Origin: a virus
IMG/VR virus record: IMGVR_UViG_3300045988_088058
Location: 1 to 56,846 of that record
Length of the DNA stretch: 56,846 nt
Reading direction: 5' to 3' (one strand)
The translations under genes were made by a program, and so were the position numbers. This document shows, in pieces, positions 28,755 through 37,990 of the stretch (position 1 is the first letter of the stretch; each line of letters opens with the position of its first letter). The notes beneath the pieces were generated by a model that was not told the origin of the DNA, ran no database searches, and saw nothing but the letters and a program-made list of their open reading frames with translations.

Positions 28755-29132
28755 CTATTTTACTACCAAAATCATTGGGTTTTTATTTTCAGGGACTGCG
28801 CCTGCAACCTTTTGAAGTGCTGCATATTTAACAAATCCATGAACAAGAACAGTGACAGTGACTTTATCTTCACCGTCGTAAACACGTTGATCCGCAAAGA
28901 TAACTCCATCAAATTGTTCACCAGTTTGAACCACTTCAAGTCCAGTCTTGCGACCGTCGAGTGTAGTTGCGTTCTTCACGCAGGTTCCGGCTAAAATATA
29001 CTTCTTACCGCCTACGTCAGTAGCAGCAGTAGCAGGGATTTGAGCACTTAGGGCGACATAATGGTCTGGGATTGCGACAACGCTTCGAGTAGTTTGATTG
29101 AAATCAGTTTTCTTAACTCGTACATTAGGCAT
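28755..29132 (-). CDS. Head decoration-like protein
   Basis: 125 aa between scaffold and major capsid genes. Confidence 0.6.
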   Translation of the reverse strand: MPNVRVKKTDFNQTTRSVVAIPDHYVALSAQIPATAATDVGGKKYILAGTCVKNATTLDGRKTGLEVVQTGEQFDGVIFADQRVYDGEDKVTVTVLVHGFVKYAALQKVAGAVPENKNPMILVVK

Positions 29133-29147
29133 AGCCTTTTCCTCCTA

Positions 29148-29834
29148 TTATTTAAAGAATGTTGCTTGTTGCTGACCAGTAGCACTTTGTGATTGAGCTA
29201 ATGATTCAGCGAGTTGCTTACCAAAGGCACCTACTTCACGTGGTTCCGGAACTCCTGCGCCTACGCGACCTGAGTTACCGGGGTTACCTGTTCCGGAAGC
29301 TCCTTTGTGAGAAGATTCAGGTTTAGGGTTGTCCTCGTCTTTAGGATTTTCTTTGAATAAGTATTTACGAGACTCACGCAAAGACTTCAACTGATCTTCT
29401 AAACCTTTGACGTTACCTTTGTCGTCGACCGTGATATCGTCTAGGTTCATAAATCCAAGAATGTCCGCTGCGGGAGCAATGGAATCAGTAATCAAAGGAT
29501 GTAGAGCTGAGATAACTGAAGCACTTTTAGCTATTTGAGTTTGGTTGTCTAATTGACTTTGTAGGTTTTGAATTGTAGCCTGCGCATCACTACCATCTTC
29601 GACCTGCTTGGACAATGTAGCCACTTCCTTCTTATAGCCTTCAATCGAATTGTTCGCTTGATCGCGTTGTTGAACAACTTCATCGAATCGTGCGTGAGGT
29701 ACATAGTGCTGACCGTCACCGTCGATGAAAACTTTCGCGTCCAATTCTTTAGACTTAGCCTTCACATGCTCTGTGACATTTTTGATTGTTGGTTCATCTA
29801 GACCTTTTAAAAGATCTTCTAATTGATAAGCCAT
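29148..29834 (-). CDS. Scaffolding protein
   Basis: DAKVFIDGDGQHYVPHARFDEVVQQRDQANNSIEGYKKEVATLSKQVEDG coiled coil; GP20-like scaffold pattern. Confidence 0.85.
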   Translation of the reverse strand: MAYQLEDLLKGLDEPTIKNVTEHVKAKSKELDAKVFIDGDGQHYVPHARFDEVVQQRDQANNSIEGYKKEVATLSKQVEDGSDAQATIQNLQSQLDNQTQIAKSASVISALHPLITDSIAPAADILGFMNLDDITVDDKGNVKGLEDQLKSLRESRKYLFKENPKDEDNPKPESSHKGASGTGNPGNSGRVGAGVPEPREVGAFGKQLAESLAQSQSATGQQQATFFK

Positions 29835-29946
29835 TTGATATCCTCCTTGAGTTTACGCCCTCCGGCTGAATCTTCTGTTTCGATTTAATTGGAACAGTGA
29901 AACCAATTTCGAGTCATTAAGGCGACAAGGTTCCTTTTCAACTTAT

Positions 29947-29955
29947 ATTATAACA
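29947..29955 (-). promoter_or_regulatory. Extended -10 promoter of the capsid operon
   Basis: Reverse strand TGTTATAAT, about 110 nt upstream of the scaffold start. Confidence 0.55.
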
Positions 29956-30012
29956 CAATTCGATATCTTTTTACTACTTTTCGAAGGAGTTGAGCCTTAG
30001 ACAAATTATAGA

Positions 30013-30038
30013 CAAAAAGACTCGGTTATCACCGAGCC
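30013..30038 (-). terminator. Rho-independent terminator between the minor head gene and capsid operon
   Basis: Reverse strand GGCTCGGTGATAACCGAGTCTTTTTG. Confidence 0.85.
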
Positions 30039-31033
30039 TAGTAGCTTTTAACAAAGTCGAGATCGCTATATTTTTCGACTTTTCCTGAGGTTAAATCGTC
30101 GTACCAAGCGTCTAATACATCATTAGTTTCACCGTCTACCCAACCTCTCAACTCGTCCGCGATTTCTTCTAATGAGTTTTCGTACCATATAGTTTGATAG
30201 CACATTCCATTAGGATGGTCGAAAGGACATTCTTCAATAGGAAATACTTCGCCATCTAAATCTCGACAAGCCTGACAAGTTCGACCTGGTGCGTGTACTG
30301 AGTGCCATTGAACTTTTCGAGCATAAGGGTTGACTTTTCCCCATTGTCGAACTCCAGCAGTAGCTGAGTGGCTAATAGTAGTTCGAGCAAGTCGAAGAGC
30401 ATTGTATTCGAGGTTTTCATATTTTCGAGCAGTTGTTCGACCTAGTTTCTCAGCAATTTGTTCGAAGTCCCACTCTTTTCGAGCTTTCGGGTCAATGTAC
30501 TGTTCTAATAGCTTCGCCATGTCGACTGCAGACATTCCACTTGCCAGACCTTGAGTAACTATTTGTTGAACGTCATTTCCTGCGCGTGCTGCATTAGACC
30601 ATACCCGTTTAGATAAGTTCTTTCCGTCTTTGTAGATTCCACCTTTAGTAACAGCCTCAGCGGCTTTACGGGAAAAGACTAATGACGCTGAACGAACTTC
30701 TTTTCCAAAGTCTTTAGCAGTAGCATTTCCATCTCCGCCTAAAATATCTAATAGGTGTAGAACTTGTCCATCTACAGCATTCTCAGCAGCCTTTTGGGAG
30801 TATTCGTGCATAACGTGAACTAGAACCCTATGAAGGTCGTAAGCGTAGTCTTTATAGATCCGTTTAGGTAAGTATCCATTTCGAGACTTTTTGAGTTTTT
30901 CTATTAAGTCTACGCCAGCATCATTGAACGCTTTTAAAACGGCCTTCTCTTGTTCAAGTGTCAATTTAATGTTGGTCTCATGTATAGCTTTTTCCCAACT
31001 ACTGAGATACCCATTCTTTTTCTTTTTGCTCAA
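30038..31033 (-). CDS. Minor head / head morphogenesis protein (SPP1 gp7-like)
   Basis: LARTTISHSATAGVRQWG...KVQWHSVHAPGRTCQACRDLDGEVFP...DHPNGMCYQTI. Confidence 0.88.
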   Translation of the reverse strand: MSKKKKNGYLSSWEKAIHETNIKLTLEQEKAVLKAFNDAGVDLIEKLKKSRNGYLPKRIYKDYAYDLHRVLVHVMHEYSQKAAENAVDGQVLHLLDILGGDGNATAKDFGKEVRSASLVFSRKAAEAVTKGGIYKDGKNLSKRVWSNAARAGNDVQQIVTQGLASGMSAVDMAKLLEQYIDPKARKEWDFEQIAEKLGRTTARKYENLEYNALRLARTTISHSATAGVRQWGKVNPYARKVQWHSVHAPGRTCQACRDLDGEVFPIEECPFDHPNGMCYQTIWYENSLEEIADELRGWVDGETNDVLDAWYDDLTSGKVEKYSDLDFVKSY

Positions 31034-31436
31034 TGTTCAGCTCCTTTTTCAATTTAGCAGTAAGGCCTGAAATTTTATGCCCAGCGTTCTCGTCCTTTAT
31101 TCGATAATCGTGGTAAAGGTTTTGGTTCATTGCTGCTCCCTTACCTAATTCCTTCTTCATCTTCGAACGACACTCATTTCTAAATCGAATAAGTTTTTCG
31201 ATTTCTTTATCGCCGACATAGGTAGTGAACCTATAATGGCACTTAGGACATTCGAAGAATCTCCACTCTACGCCTTTTTCGATATGTTTCGAAATAATTT
31301 GCTTAGAAGATAGTTCGAACTTATGCTCACAGTGGTCACAGTTTACGTCAAAGACTGTTTTAGACTCCACCTTTGGCTTGTTGCTCTTGTTGTTCTGGCG
31401 TACTTGGTTCTTCAATTGTTTCTTCTTGTTCTTCAT
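30999..31436 (-). CDS. Zinc-ribbon protein overlapping the portal gene end
   Basis: NCDHCEHKFEL...FFECPKCHYRFTTYVGD; GAGG upstream of ATG. Confidence 0.6.
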   Translation of the reverse strand: MKNKKKQLKNQVRQNNKSNKPKVESKTVFDVNCDHCEHKFELSSKQIISKHIEKGVEWRFFECPKCHYRFTTYVGDKEIEKLIRFRNECRSKMKKELGKGAAMNQNLYHDYRIKDENAGHKISGLTAKLKKELNIEQKEKEWVSQ

Positions 31437-33102
31437 CTTTAGGTTCCTCTTGTCCGTTTAATTCTTCTGCTAATACAGGTAGCGCCCCTGCGGAAATTTC
31501 ATCAAGTTGCGCAAGTTCCTGCAATACACGTTCCCACTCTTTGTCCGCTTTTTCTTTCTTACTGAACTCTTCAATGTAAGATTGGTGACTTCGTACATTA
31601 GTTTGAACTTCAGTGAGAGCAGTTTGTTTGGCTGCTTGTTCGTCACTCGGTAATGGGTAATGGTGGTCAATAGTCAATGTCGTAAGGGTTTGATAGCTTG
31701 ATTGTATGTCTTGTGGTAATAGACCTAGATCTACTCCTACCTTACCTAGTATTTCTTCTAATAGGTTAATGAGCCATTGAATAGCGTCATCCCATTCTGC
31801 CCACTTGTCATCACACTTACTCATTAGGTCATAGAATAAGTATTGCATAGCAATTCCAGACGGCGCATCTTGTACCTTTTCAGGTAGTGGCTGGTCCATG
31901 AGTTCATACATGGCTTTTTTTGCTCCATCTAAATAGTATTGGGCAGTAGGTAGGAAGTTGAAGTTTCCTGAAATAGTAGTAACTTGAGCCTGCTTTCCTC
32001 CAGTACCGCCAATTGAAGAAGTAGGGTCACTCTTAATGTCGACAAGAGCGTTAGGTGCAATCTTCATTCCTTGAATTGATTTAGAAGATCCGTCAATAAT
32101 GACAGGTTGTTCGAACATCTTAAATCGAAGTGAATCGCGCATGTCACTAATAGTTCGGTTCGTATTGTCCGCGATAGTGATTAAGTCTTTGACGTCACTT
32201 GTACCATATACGTCATTAGTCAATGGTTCATTGAGGATGACCTTACAAGGGATTTGACTCAATCCAGTAGGTGCTGAATCTTGGACTTTTAATGGAACCT
32301 CAACCTTATTACCTAAATTGTCTTCGATTTCAATTAGTTTAGCGTCTTTTTCTTTGATTGTAGTTTGCCCATCTTCCGTCATGTAAATTTGGTTCGAAGT
32401 TCCGTCGGTCAAAGTGTAGGTGAGCCAGCATTGCTCTTCAACATCTTCCAGCGCAGTGGTGATACCTGAGTTCGAACTTCCCGATTTCATCTCGTAACGG
32501 TAGTGATGCCATAATTGTTTTTCAGTGGACATCCCTTTCGTACGTTCGTCTTGATACACAATGTCGACGGACAGTAGGCGAGAAGGATCTTTAGGATCTA
32601 CAATGTAAGAAAATTGCGGCATTGAATAGAACTGAACATCAATCGGTTCGCCAGGGTTTGCTATAACGGATAATAGCACTCGCTTGCCGACTGTTGCATC
32701 TACCAATGCTCGTTTACACTTACTCCAAAACTTTGAGTGTCCTAAAATATGGTCGAACAAAATACGCTTATTCTCCGCCTTATCATCTTCCTTATCCACA
32801 ATGGGGTTGAAGATTAGTTCAGGCTCCGTTCCCATCATAAATCGCGCTTGCTTTTTAATAAGGGATCGAATATAATTTCGAATTTCGCGGGTAGGTGTAT
32901 AGTCCAATGAGTCTTCTTTGATCTTCCATGTTTGACCATAGTCCGCATTCAGCTCCGTGACATCGTATCCGTCGAAGTATTGATAATACTTTTCGACCTC
33001 CTGTAGTTCCTTTTTGAACTTCTGATTTTGCGCCAACGGACTGTCGAATGCCTGACTGACAAGTTCGTCGGTGTGGGAAATAGCTTTTGATTTTTTAGCC
33101 AT
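31360..33102 (-). CDS. Portal protein
   Basis: 580 aa SPP1-like portal: YYQYFDGYDVTELN, KKQARFMMGTEPEL, DMRDSLRFKMFEQPVI. Confidence 0.93.
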   Translation of the reverse strand: MAKKSKAISHTDELVSQAFDSPLAQNQKFKKELQEVEKYYQYFDGYDVTELNADYGQTWKIKEDSLDYTPTREIRNYIRSLIKKQARFMMGTEPELIFNPIVDKEDDKAENKRILFDHILGHSKFWSKCKRALVDATVGKRVLLSVIANPGEPIDVQFYSMPQFSYIVDPKDPSRLLSVDIVYQDERTKGMSTEKQLWHHYRYEMKSGSSNSGITTALEDVEEQCWLTYTLTDGTSNQIYMTEDGQTTIKEKDAKLIEIEDNLGNKVEVPLKVQDSAPTGLSQIPCKVILNEPLTNDVYGTSDVKDLITIADNTNRTISDMRDSLRFKMFEQPVIIDGSSKSIQGMKIAPNALVDIKSDPTSSIGGTGGKQAQVTTISGNFNFLPTAQYYLDGAKKAMYELMDQPLPEKVQDAPSGIAMQYLFYDLMSKCDDKWAEWDDAIQWLINLLEEILGKVGVDLGLLPQDIQSSYQTLTTLTIDHHYPLPSDEQAAKQTALTEVQTNVRSHQSYIEEFSKKEKADKEWERVLQELAQLDEISAGALPVLAEELNGQEEPKDEEQEETIEEPSTPEQQEQQAKGGV

Positions 33103-33123
33103 GTAGTTTACCTCCTATAATGT

Positions 33124-33153
33124 ATTATACACTATTTTGACTAATATTGTTTA
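33124..33153 (-). promoter_or_regulatory. Class B-like promoter (TAAACA-N16-TGTATAAT)
   Basis: Reverse strand, same 16-nt spacing, upstream of portal. Confidence 0.5.
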
Positions 33154-33159
33154 CCTTAA

Positions 33160-34548
33160 TTATCGCGCACCTTTACCTGATAACACTTGTATTTCGAACC
33201 CAAAGTCGTCATTGATAATGGCGTCAGTCAAACAGGCGTAGCGGTTACGGTCCATGCAGTGGTCATATTCCTTGACAACTCTATCCTCCCCTAGCTGGCT
33301 TGCTTTACTGTCCCAGCTATAGGCGTAATATTCATCAATGTCGTGCGTGTTGCTAGGGTCGAGTGTAAATCTATTTTCAGTTAGTAACTCAGCATGAAAT
33401 GAGATACCTAAATTGACATCATTTCGAGCGGGCAGGATAGGAATATTCTTTCTTACTATATAAGGATGCTTTTGAAGTTCTACAATCATAGCTGAAGCGG
33501 AAGGGTCGAGGATTATATATTCGATTTGTTTCCCCCGTATCATGTCGACTAAGTCATTTGCGTATTCTTTAGTAGTCTTTTGAAGTATTGATCCAAATTG
33601 AACATTCGAATTGACATCAGCCTCAGTAAGTTGTTCCTCAGCCTCACGCCCGGAGTGGTAGTAAGATTCAATTAGATGATAACTTTTTCGACGTTTCGAG
33701 AATCCATAAAGGCCAAAGGTTGTAGCATTGTAGATACCAAAGTCGCCCGCTACAAATAAACGGTCGAATTCTATATTGAGCTTTTTAACGTGCTGCTCTT
33801 CATTGAACATTGAATAAACTAGACCATCTGCTGTTACCCAAAGGCCGAGAATAAATCTTTTCCGGAAAACTCCGGCATACATCTTCTCATAGCGCCTTTT
33901 AATACTATCAGTCAAGCTAGGATTATCATCCATTGTGAAATGTAGGTATAGGATACGCTTTTCGACCTGTTTATCAATCCAGTTCTTTTTGAAGTAGTGA
34001 TTAGGATTTGCAGGGTTACAAGAGAACCACATTTTCGAACCTGTTACGGAACAGCGCCCTGTGGCTTGGTTGACAAAGGATTCAGGCATCAGTGCCACCT
34101 CGTCACAGAAGATACCTGCTAATGTTACCCCCTGGATAAGGTCTTGGCTCGACTCATCTTTTCCTCCAAATATATAGAAGTAGTTGAGAATTTCTTCGCC
34201 ATTTCTAAAGTGTCTAATAATAAGTAGATTTTCATTTCGAACATCTCGAATTTCATACCCGCGACTTGTGAGCATTTGCTTTAGAGGCTGAATAACATTT
34301 CGTCGAGCTGAATGAATTGTCTTACCACAGATGGCAAAGTTTTGCCCATTGAACTCAGTCATCGCCCAAAGGGAAAATGAAAGAGCCATCGATACTGTCT
34401 TTCCTGAACGAATGGACCCGTCGGCTATGACAATATCGAAAGTTCGAAAAGGTGAGCCCTTTGTCCACCATGTTAGGAGTTGAAGTTGCTTCTTACTAAA
34501 AGGAACGAAATTAAACTTTGGCAGTCTATTCCTTAGGCTTATTGTCAT
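33160..34548 (-). CDS. Terminase large subunit
   Basis: DIVIADGSIRSGKTVSMALSF Walker A, LAGIFCDEVALMPESF, FVAGDFGIYNATTFGL nuclease motif. Confidence 0.96.
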   Translation of the reverse strand: MTISLRNRLPKFNFVPFSKKQLQLLTWWTKGSPFRTFDIVIADGSIRSGKTVSMALSFSLWAMTEFNGQNFAICGKTIHSARRNVIQPLKQMLTSRGYEIRDVRNENLLIIRHFRNGEEILNYFYIFGGKDESSQDLIQGVTLAGIFCDEVALMPESFVNQATGRCSVTGSKMWFSCNPANPNHYFKKNWIDKQVEKRILYLHFTMDDNPSLTDSIKRRYEKMYAGVFRKRFILGLWVTADGLVYSMFNEEQHVKKLNIEFDRLFVAGDFGIYNATTFGLYGFSKRRKSYHLIESYYHSGREAEEQLTEADVNSNVQFGSILQKTTKEYANDLVDMIRGKQIEYIILDPSASAMIVELQKHPYIVRKNIPILPARNDVNLGISFHAELLTENRFTLDPSNTHDIDEYYAYSWDSKASQLGEDRVVKEYDHCMDRNRYACLTDAIINDDFGFEIQVLSGKGAR

Positions 34549-35266
34549 TATCAGTCACTCCTTTAATGTAGGAACCTGTCACGTCGCTAAATTCTTGCCA
34601 AACAGCCTGGGCGGCTTTATCTAGTGCTTCTACGAAATTATCCTTAACTTCACCTTCCACTTCCTGGTCGCCCATTTTGGCTCTAAGCAATGTAATTTTC
34701 TCGCGCTCAATTTGTAGTCTATATCGAACTTCCTCAGGTAGCATTCCATTAGCACGTTCTTGACCTTTTTGCGCTCTGTCTATAAGGTTCGAAAGTACAT
34801 CTAAGGCGCCCCATCTAATATTTCCTTCTTTAGTAAATAAATACCGGTCAGGATTATCTAAACACATTTCGACGATGTTCATTAGTTTTTCCCAGGCGGC
34901 GTGATATTTAATATTGACTGATACTTTAAACCCTGCATACATTTGAGTCAAAGTGTCATTAGTGATTAAGGCTTTTTCATTCTCGAACTCTTTTTTAGCC
35001 TTGACCCATTTATCGCGAGCTCTAATTTCACCTACACGTTTTTCCGCCATGCCATAACGGGCAGCAATTTCCTGAACAGTCATGCCCCTAATAAACTCTA
35101 ATTTCATTCTAGCATCACGTTCCTTAATTGTCATCTTAATGCCTTTATAGTCATATTCTATATATTGGTCTTTATTGACACGCGCATTTGCTTTCACGCC
35201 TTTCTTGTCTTTTGACCTAGGTGGCGTCTTCCTTCCTCGAACTTTTGGTCCAGCAGCTTTTGCCAT
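34526..35266 (-). CDS. Terminase small subunit
   Basis: MTVQEIAARYGMAEKRVGEIRARDKWVKAKKEFE HTH, upstream of the large subunit. Confidence 0.88.
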   Translation of the reverse strand: MAKAAGPKVRGRKTPPRSKDKKGVKANARVNKDQYIEYDYKGIKMTIKERDARMKLEFIRGMTVQEIAARYGMAEKRVGEIRARDKWVKAKKEFENEKALITNDTLTQMYAGFKVSVNIKYHAAWEKLMNIVEMCLDNPDRYLFTKEGNIRWGALDVLSNLIDRAQKGQERANGMLPEEVRYRLQIEREKITLLRAKMGDQEVEGEVKDNFVEALDKAAQAVWQEFSDVTGSYIKGVTDNDNKPKE

Positions 35267-35384
35267 TTATTGACCCTCCTTTATTTAATTGCGTTTACAT
35301 TGTAACAAATTTGCGCGTGACTTACAATTGATTGAATTTATAGTCCTATAATGAAAAATATAGTGATTTTTAAATTTAAAAGGT

Positions 35385-35640
35385 TCGACTTTATATTCAA
35401 AAATAGGTGCTCGATTATTCGAATTTTTCGAATGTTTGAGGTTTTCGAAGTCCCTGAGTTTTTCGAGTATTCTCGACTTTTCGAACCGGTTCGACTTTTC
35501 GAGAAATTGAACTTTTCGACCCCTTTTTATGCTCGACTTTTCGAGTATTCCTGAACTTTTCGAACGTTTTTTTGAGGTCGATTATTCGAGTATTCTCGAC
35601 TTTTCGAATGCTATTTCAGTTAGTCTCGAAAAGTTCAAAC
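35385..35640. repeat. TCGA motif array with a 24-bp exact direct repeat
   Basis: 19 TCGA tetranucleotides; TTCGAGTATTCTCGACTTTTCGAA at 35462-35485 and 35585-35608. Confidence 0.9.
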
Positions 35641-36011
35641 CTACTAATTTCACGGTATTTGAGAGCATTTTTAGATCTTGTTTGTGGAAGTGCTTTTACT
35701 TGTCTTTAACCTGTCTATTTGGTATCTTTCGATAGTTCATTCGAAAGTTTGCTAAATGCTTATCTAATAAGTGTTTTGCGTGTATTATTGTTTATAGAAT
35801 TGTTTATTATTGATAAAGGTCTCGACTTTTATTGGGCGCCTTATTTTTGATTTTACTTACAGACTCAAGAGGTTAGAGGTATTTTGGGCGCCTTTATTTT
35901 TAGGGCCTTATTAAGTCCTTTTCTAATACTTAATTGGCTATAAATTAGGCTAAAATAGTGGTGAATTGAGGTGTATTTATGTCGCCCGTTTTTAAAGTTT
36001 AAAAATATTTT

Positions 36012-36070
36012 AAAAAAGTTCAACTTTTTTATAAAAAATGCTTGACTTTATTATTTCATTATCGTATAAT
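36012..36070 (+). promoter_or_regulatory. Class A early promoter with AAAAGTT-C-AACTTTT element
   Basis: TTGACT (36042)-N17-TATAAT (36065-36070). Confidence 0.92.
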
Positions 36071-36107
36071 AATAGTATAAAGAAAAACAAATAAAGGAGT
36101 AACGAAT

Positions 36108-36347
36108 ATGAAATTCGAACAACTTAAAAACGCACTTACTAATGAATACCTAATGGTAACAAACAAAGATCAAGCTGAAGTTTTAGGCTCAGGAAACATC
36201 GAAAACATTCTCAACGGTTCAAACTTTTCTCTTGCTTTAGCTCAAGCAACAGTCCTTCAAATGGAAAAACTCAGCGATGAGGAAGCTATTGAATGGGACT
36301 TGGAAGATAAAACTGCTTCTATTTATGTAGTGACTCTAGATATGTAA
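36108..36347 (+). CDS. Small early protein
   Basis: 79 aa, RBS AAAGGAG, class A promoter. Confidence 0.8.
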   Translation: MKFEQLKNALTNEYLMVTNKDQAEVLGSGNIENILNGSNFSLALAQATVLQMEKLSDEEAIEWDLEDKTASIYVVTLDM

Positions 36348-36358
36348 GGAAGTAACTA

Positions 36359-36676
36359 ATGAAACTTTATCACGCCACTGATTTTGATAATCTTGGTAAA
36401 ATTCTAGCTGAGGGCTTGAAGCCTTCAGCTGGAGTTATTTACCTAGCAGAAAGTTATGAAAAGGCTCTAGCCTTTTTATCGCTTCGAAATATTGATACTA
36501 TTGTAGTGCTCGAACTTGAAATTGATATTGAACAATGTACTGAAAGTTTCGACCATAATGAAAGAATGTTTTGTGACTTATCTCATTTCGACAATTGTCG
36601 CGCTTGGACTTATGACAAGACCATTGAAGTAGACGACATTAACTTTTCGAAAGCTCGAAAATATGATAGAAAGTGA
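36359..36676 (+). CDS. Putative ADP-ribosyltransferase-fold early protein
   Basis: MKLYHATDFDNLGKILAEGLKPSAGVIYLAESYEKALAFLSLR pattern (H-x-T, GL, Y-x-A/S). Confidence 0.6.
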   Translation: MKLYHATDFDNLGKILAEGLKPSAGVIYLAESYEKALAFLSLRNIDTIVVLELEIDIEQCTESFDHNERMFCDLSHFDNCRAWTYDKTIEVDDINFSKARKYDRK

Positions 36677-37347
36677 CTAACATGAATAACGAAAAAATTA
36701 TCGAAAAAATTAAAAATCTTATTCAATTAGCAAATGACAACCCGAATGACGAAGAAGGGCAGTTTGCCCTTCTTCTTGCTCAAAGGTTGATGCTAAAGAA
36801 TAATATCGCACTCGCTCAGGTTGAACAATTTGATGAACCTGAAAAGTTCGAAACTTCTTCCACCATTGGAAAAGAAGCAAGTCGAATCCTTTGGTGGGAA
36901 AAGGAACTAGGGTACACGCTCGCAGCTAACTTTAGATGCTTTTGCATCAATCAGCGCGATATGGCTCTGAATAAAAGTCGAATAATTTTCTTTGGTGAAA
37001 AACAAGACGCCGAATTGGTGTCTAAAATATACGAGTCCGCTTTGCTTTATCTTCGTTACAGACTTGACCGACTTCCTTCGCGTGAACCTTCGTACAAGAA
37101 CTCTTATCTTCTAGGATTTTTAGTAGCTTTAGACACGCGCTTCAAAAAGCAAGTAGAAGAATACTCACTTATGGTCTTACCTAGTGAAGAGACTAAGAAT
37201 GCGCTTAGGGATACATTTCAAAATCTAAAGCAAGATAAAGTTGAAGTACCTAAAAACGACTTCAATTTAGAAGCATATACGGAAGGAAAATTTCAGGGCG
37301 AAAATGCAAAAATAATGCCCGATGAAATTTTGGAAGGTGGTAACTAG
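36673..37347 (+). CDS. DUF2786-like protein
   Basis: IIEKIKNLIQLANDNPNDEEGQFALLLAQRLMLKNNI. Confidence 0.75.
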   Translation: MTNMNNEKIIEKIKNLIQLANDNPNDEEGQFALLLAQRLMLKNNIALAQVEQFDEPEKFETSSTIGKEASRILWWEKELGYTLAANFRCFCINQRDMALNKSRIIFFGEKQDAELVSKIYESALLYLRYRLDRLPSREPSYKNSYLLGFLVALDTRFKKQVEEYSLMVLPSEETKNALRDTFQNLKQDKVEVPKNDFNLEAYTEGKFQGENAKIMPDEILEGGN

Positions 37348-37609
37348 AATGAAATTCGAAGTTTATTCTGCGCGACTATTTGACGAAGAGGCGACATATG
37401 ATAGGTATCGTGAAGCACTAGAGAAAGTTGGAAATGTCGCTTACTTTTGCGAAATTGAATCAGGTAATCTAGTAATTGAACTCGAACTGAACAGCATAGA
37501 CGACCTAATCGCGCTTTCAAATGTAGTTGGAAAAGGACTAAAATTATCGCGACCTTATAGAGAAGATAAGCCTTTTCAATTATGGATTGTTGATGGGTAC
37601 ATGGAATAA
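37322..37609 (+). CDS. Hypothetical early protein
   Basis: ORF with overlap to the upstream gene. Confidence 0.65.
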   Translation: MKFWKVVTRMKFEVYSARLFDEEATYDRYREALEKVGNVAYFCEIESGNLVIELELNSIDDLIALSNVVGKGLKLSRPYREDKPFQLWIVDGYME

Positions 37610-37618
37610 GGTGAAACT

Positions 37619-37990
37619 ATGGAAAATAAATGGAAAGTTATCCATTTTCAAAACTCATGTATTAAACAAGTAGACGATAAGAAACGAAGGCTCCTTTTTG
37701 AGGTGCCCGGAACTCCTTATCGTCTAAGAGTTTGGGTGAAAATGAGCTTAGTTAAAATTGAAACACGCGCAGGAAATGGCTTCTATAAGGAACTGGTATA
37801 TCAGGACGATTTTGTATTTTATGGTAAAGAGTTGATTGGTGGATATTTAATTGACGCGACCATAACTGGCAAATCTTTAGCGGAATACTGCAAGCACATG
37901 GACCGACATGTTGTTGAAACTATTAAACGACGCGAAACTGCTGAACTTAATAGATTGAAAAAACAAGACCAACAGAAATGGAGATACTAA
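37619..37990 (+). CDS. Hypothetical early protein
   Basis: 123 aa ORF. Confidence 0.7.
   Translation: MENKWKVIHFQNSCIKQVDDKKRRLLFEVPGTPYRLRVWVKMSLVKIETRAGNGFYKELVYQDDFVFYGKELIGGYLIDATITGKSLAEYCKHMDRHVVETIKRRETAELNRLKKQDQQKWRY

Noticed and set aside
30999-31436. Portal/zinc-ribbon overlap as a programmed frameshift
   Set aside because: No slippery sequence recognised and an RBS precedes the downstream ATG; simple overlap is more likely.
35385-35640. CRISPR array interpretation of the TCGA repeats
   Set aside because: Units are short, degenerate and irregularly spaced, with no conserved repeat/unique spacer pattern and no cas genes; the Cas4-like protein is a phage recombination exonuclease type.
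35351-35735. + strand ORFs 35351-35554 and 35529-35735 (Phe/Ser/Glu-rich)
   Set aside because: Translations of the TCGA repeat array; low complexity, no convincing RBS.
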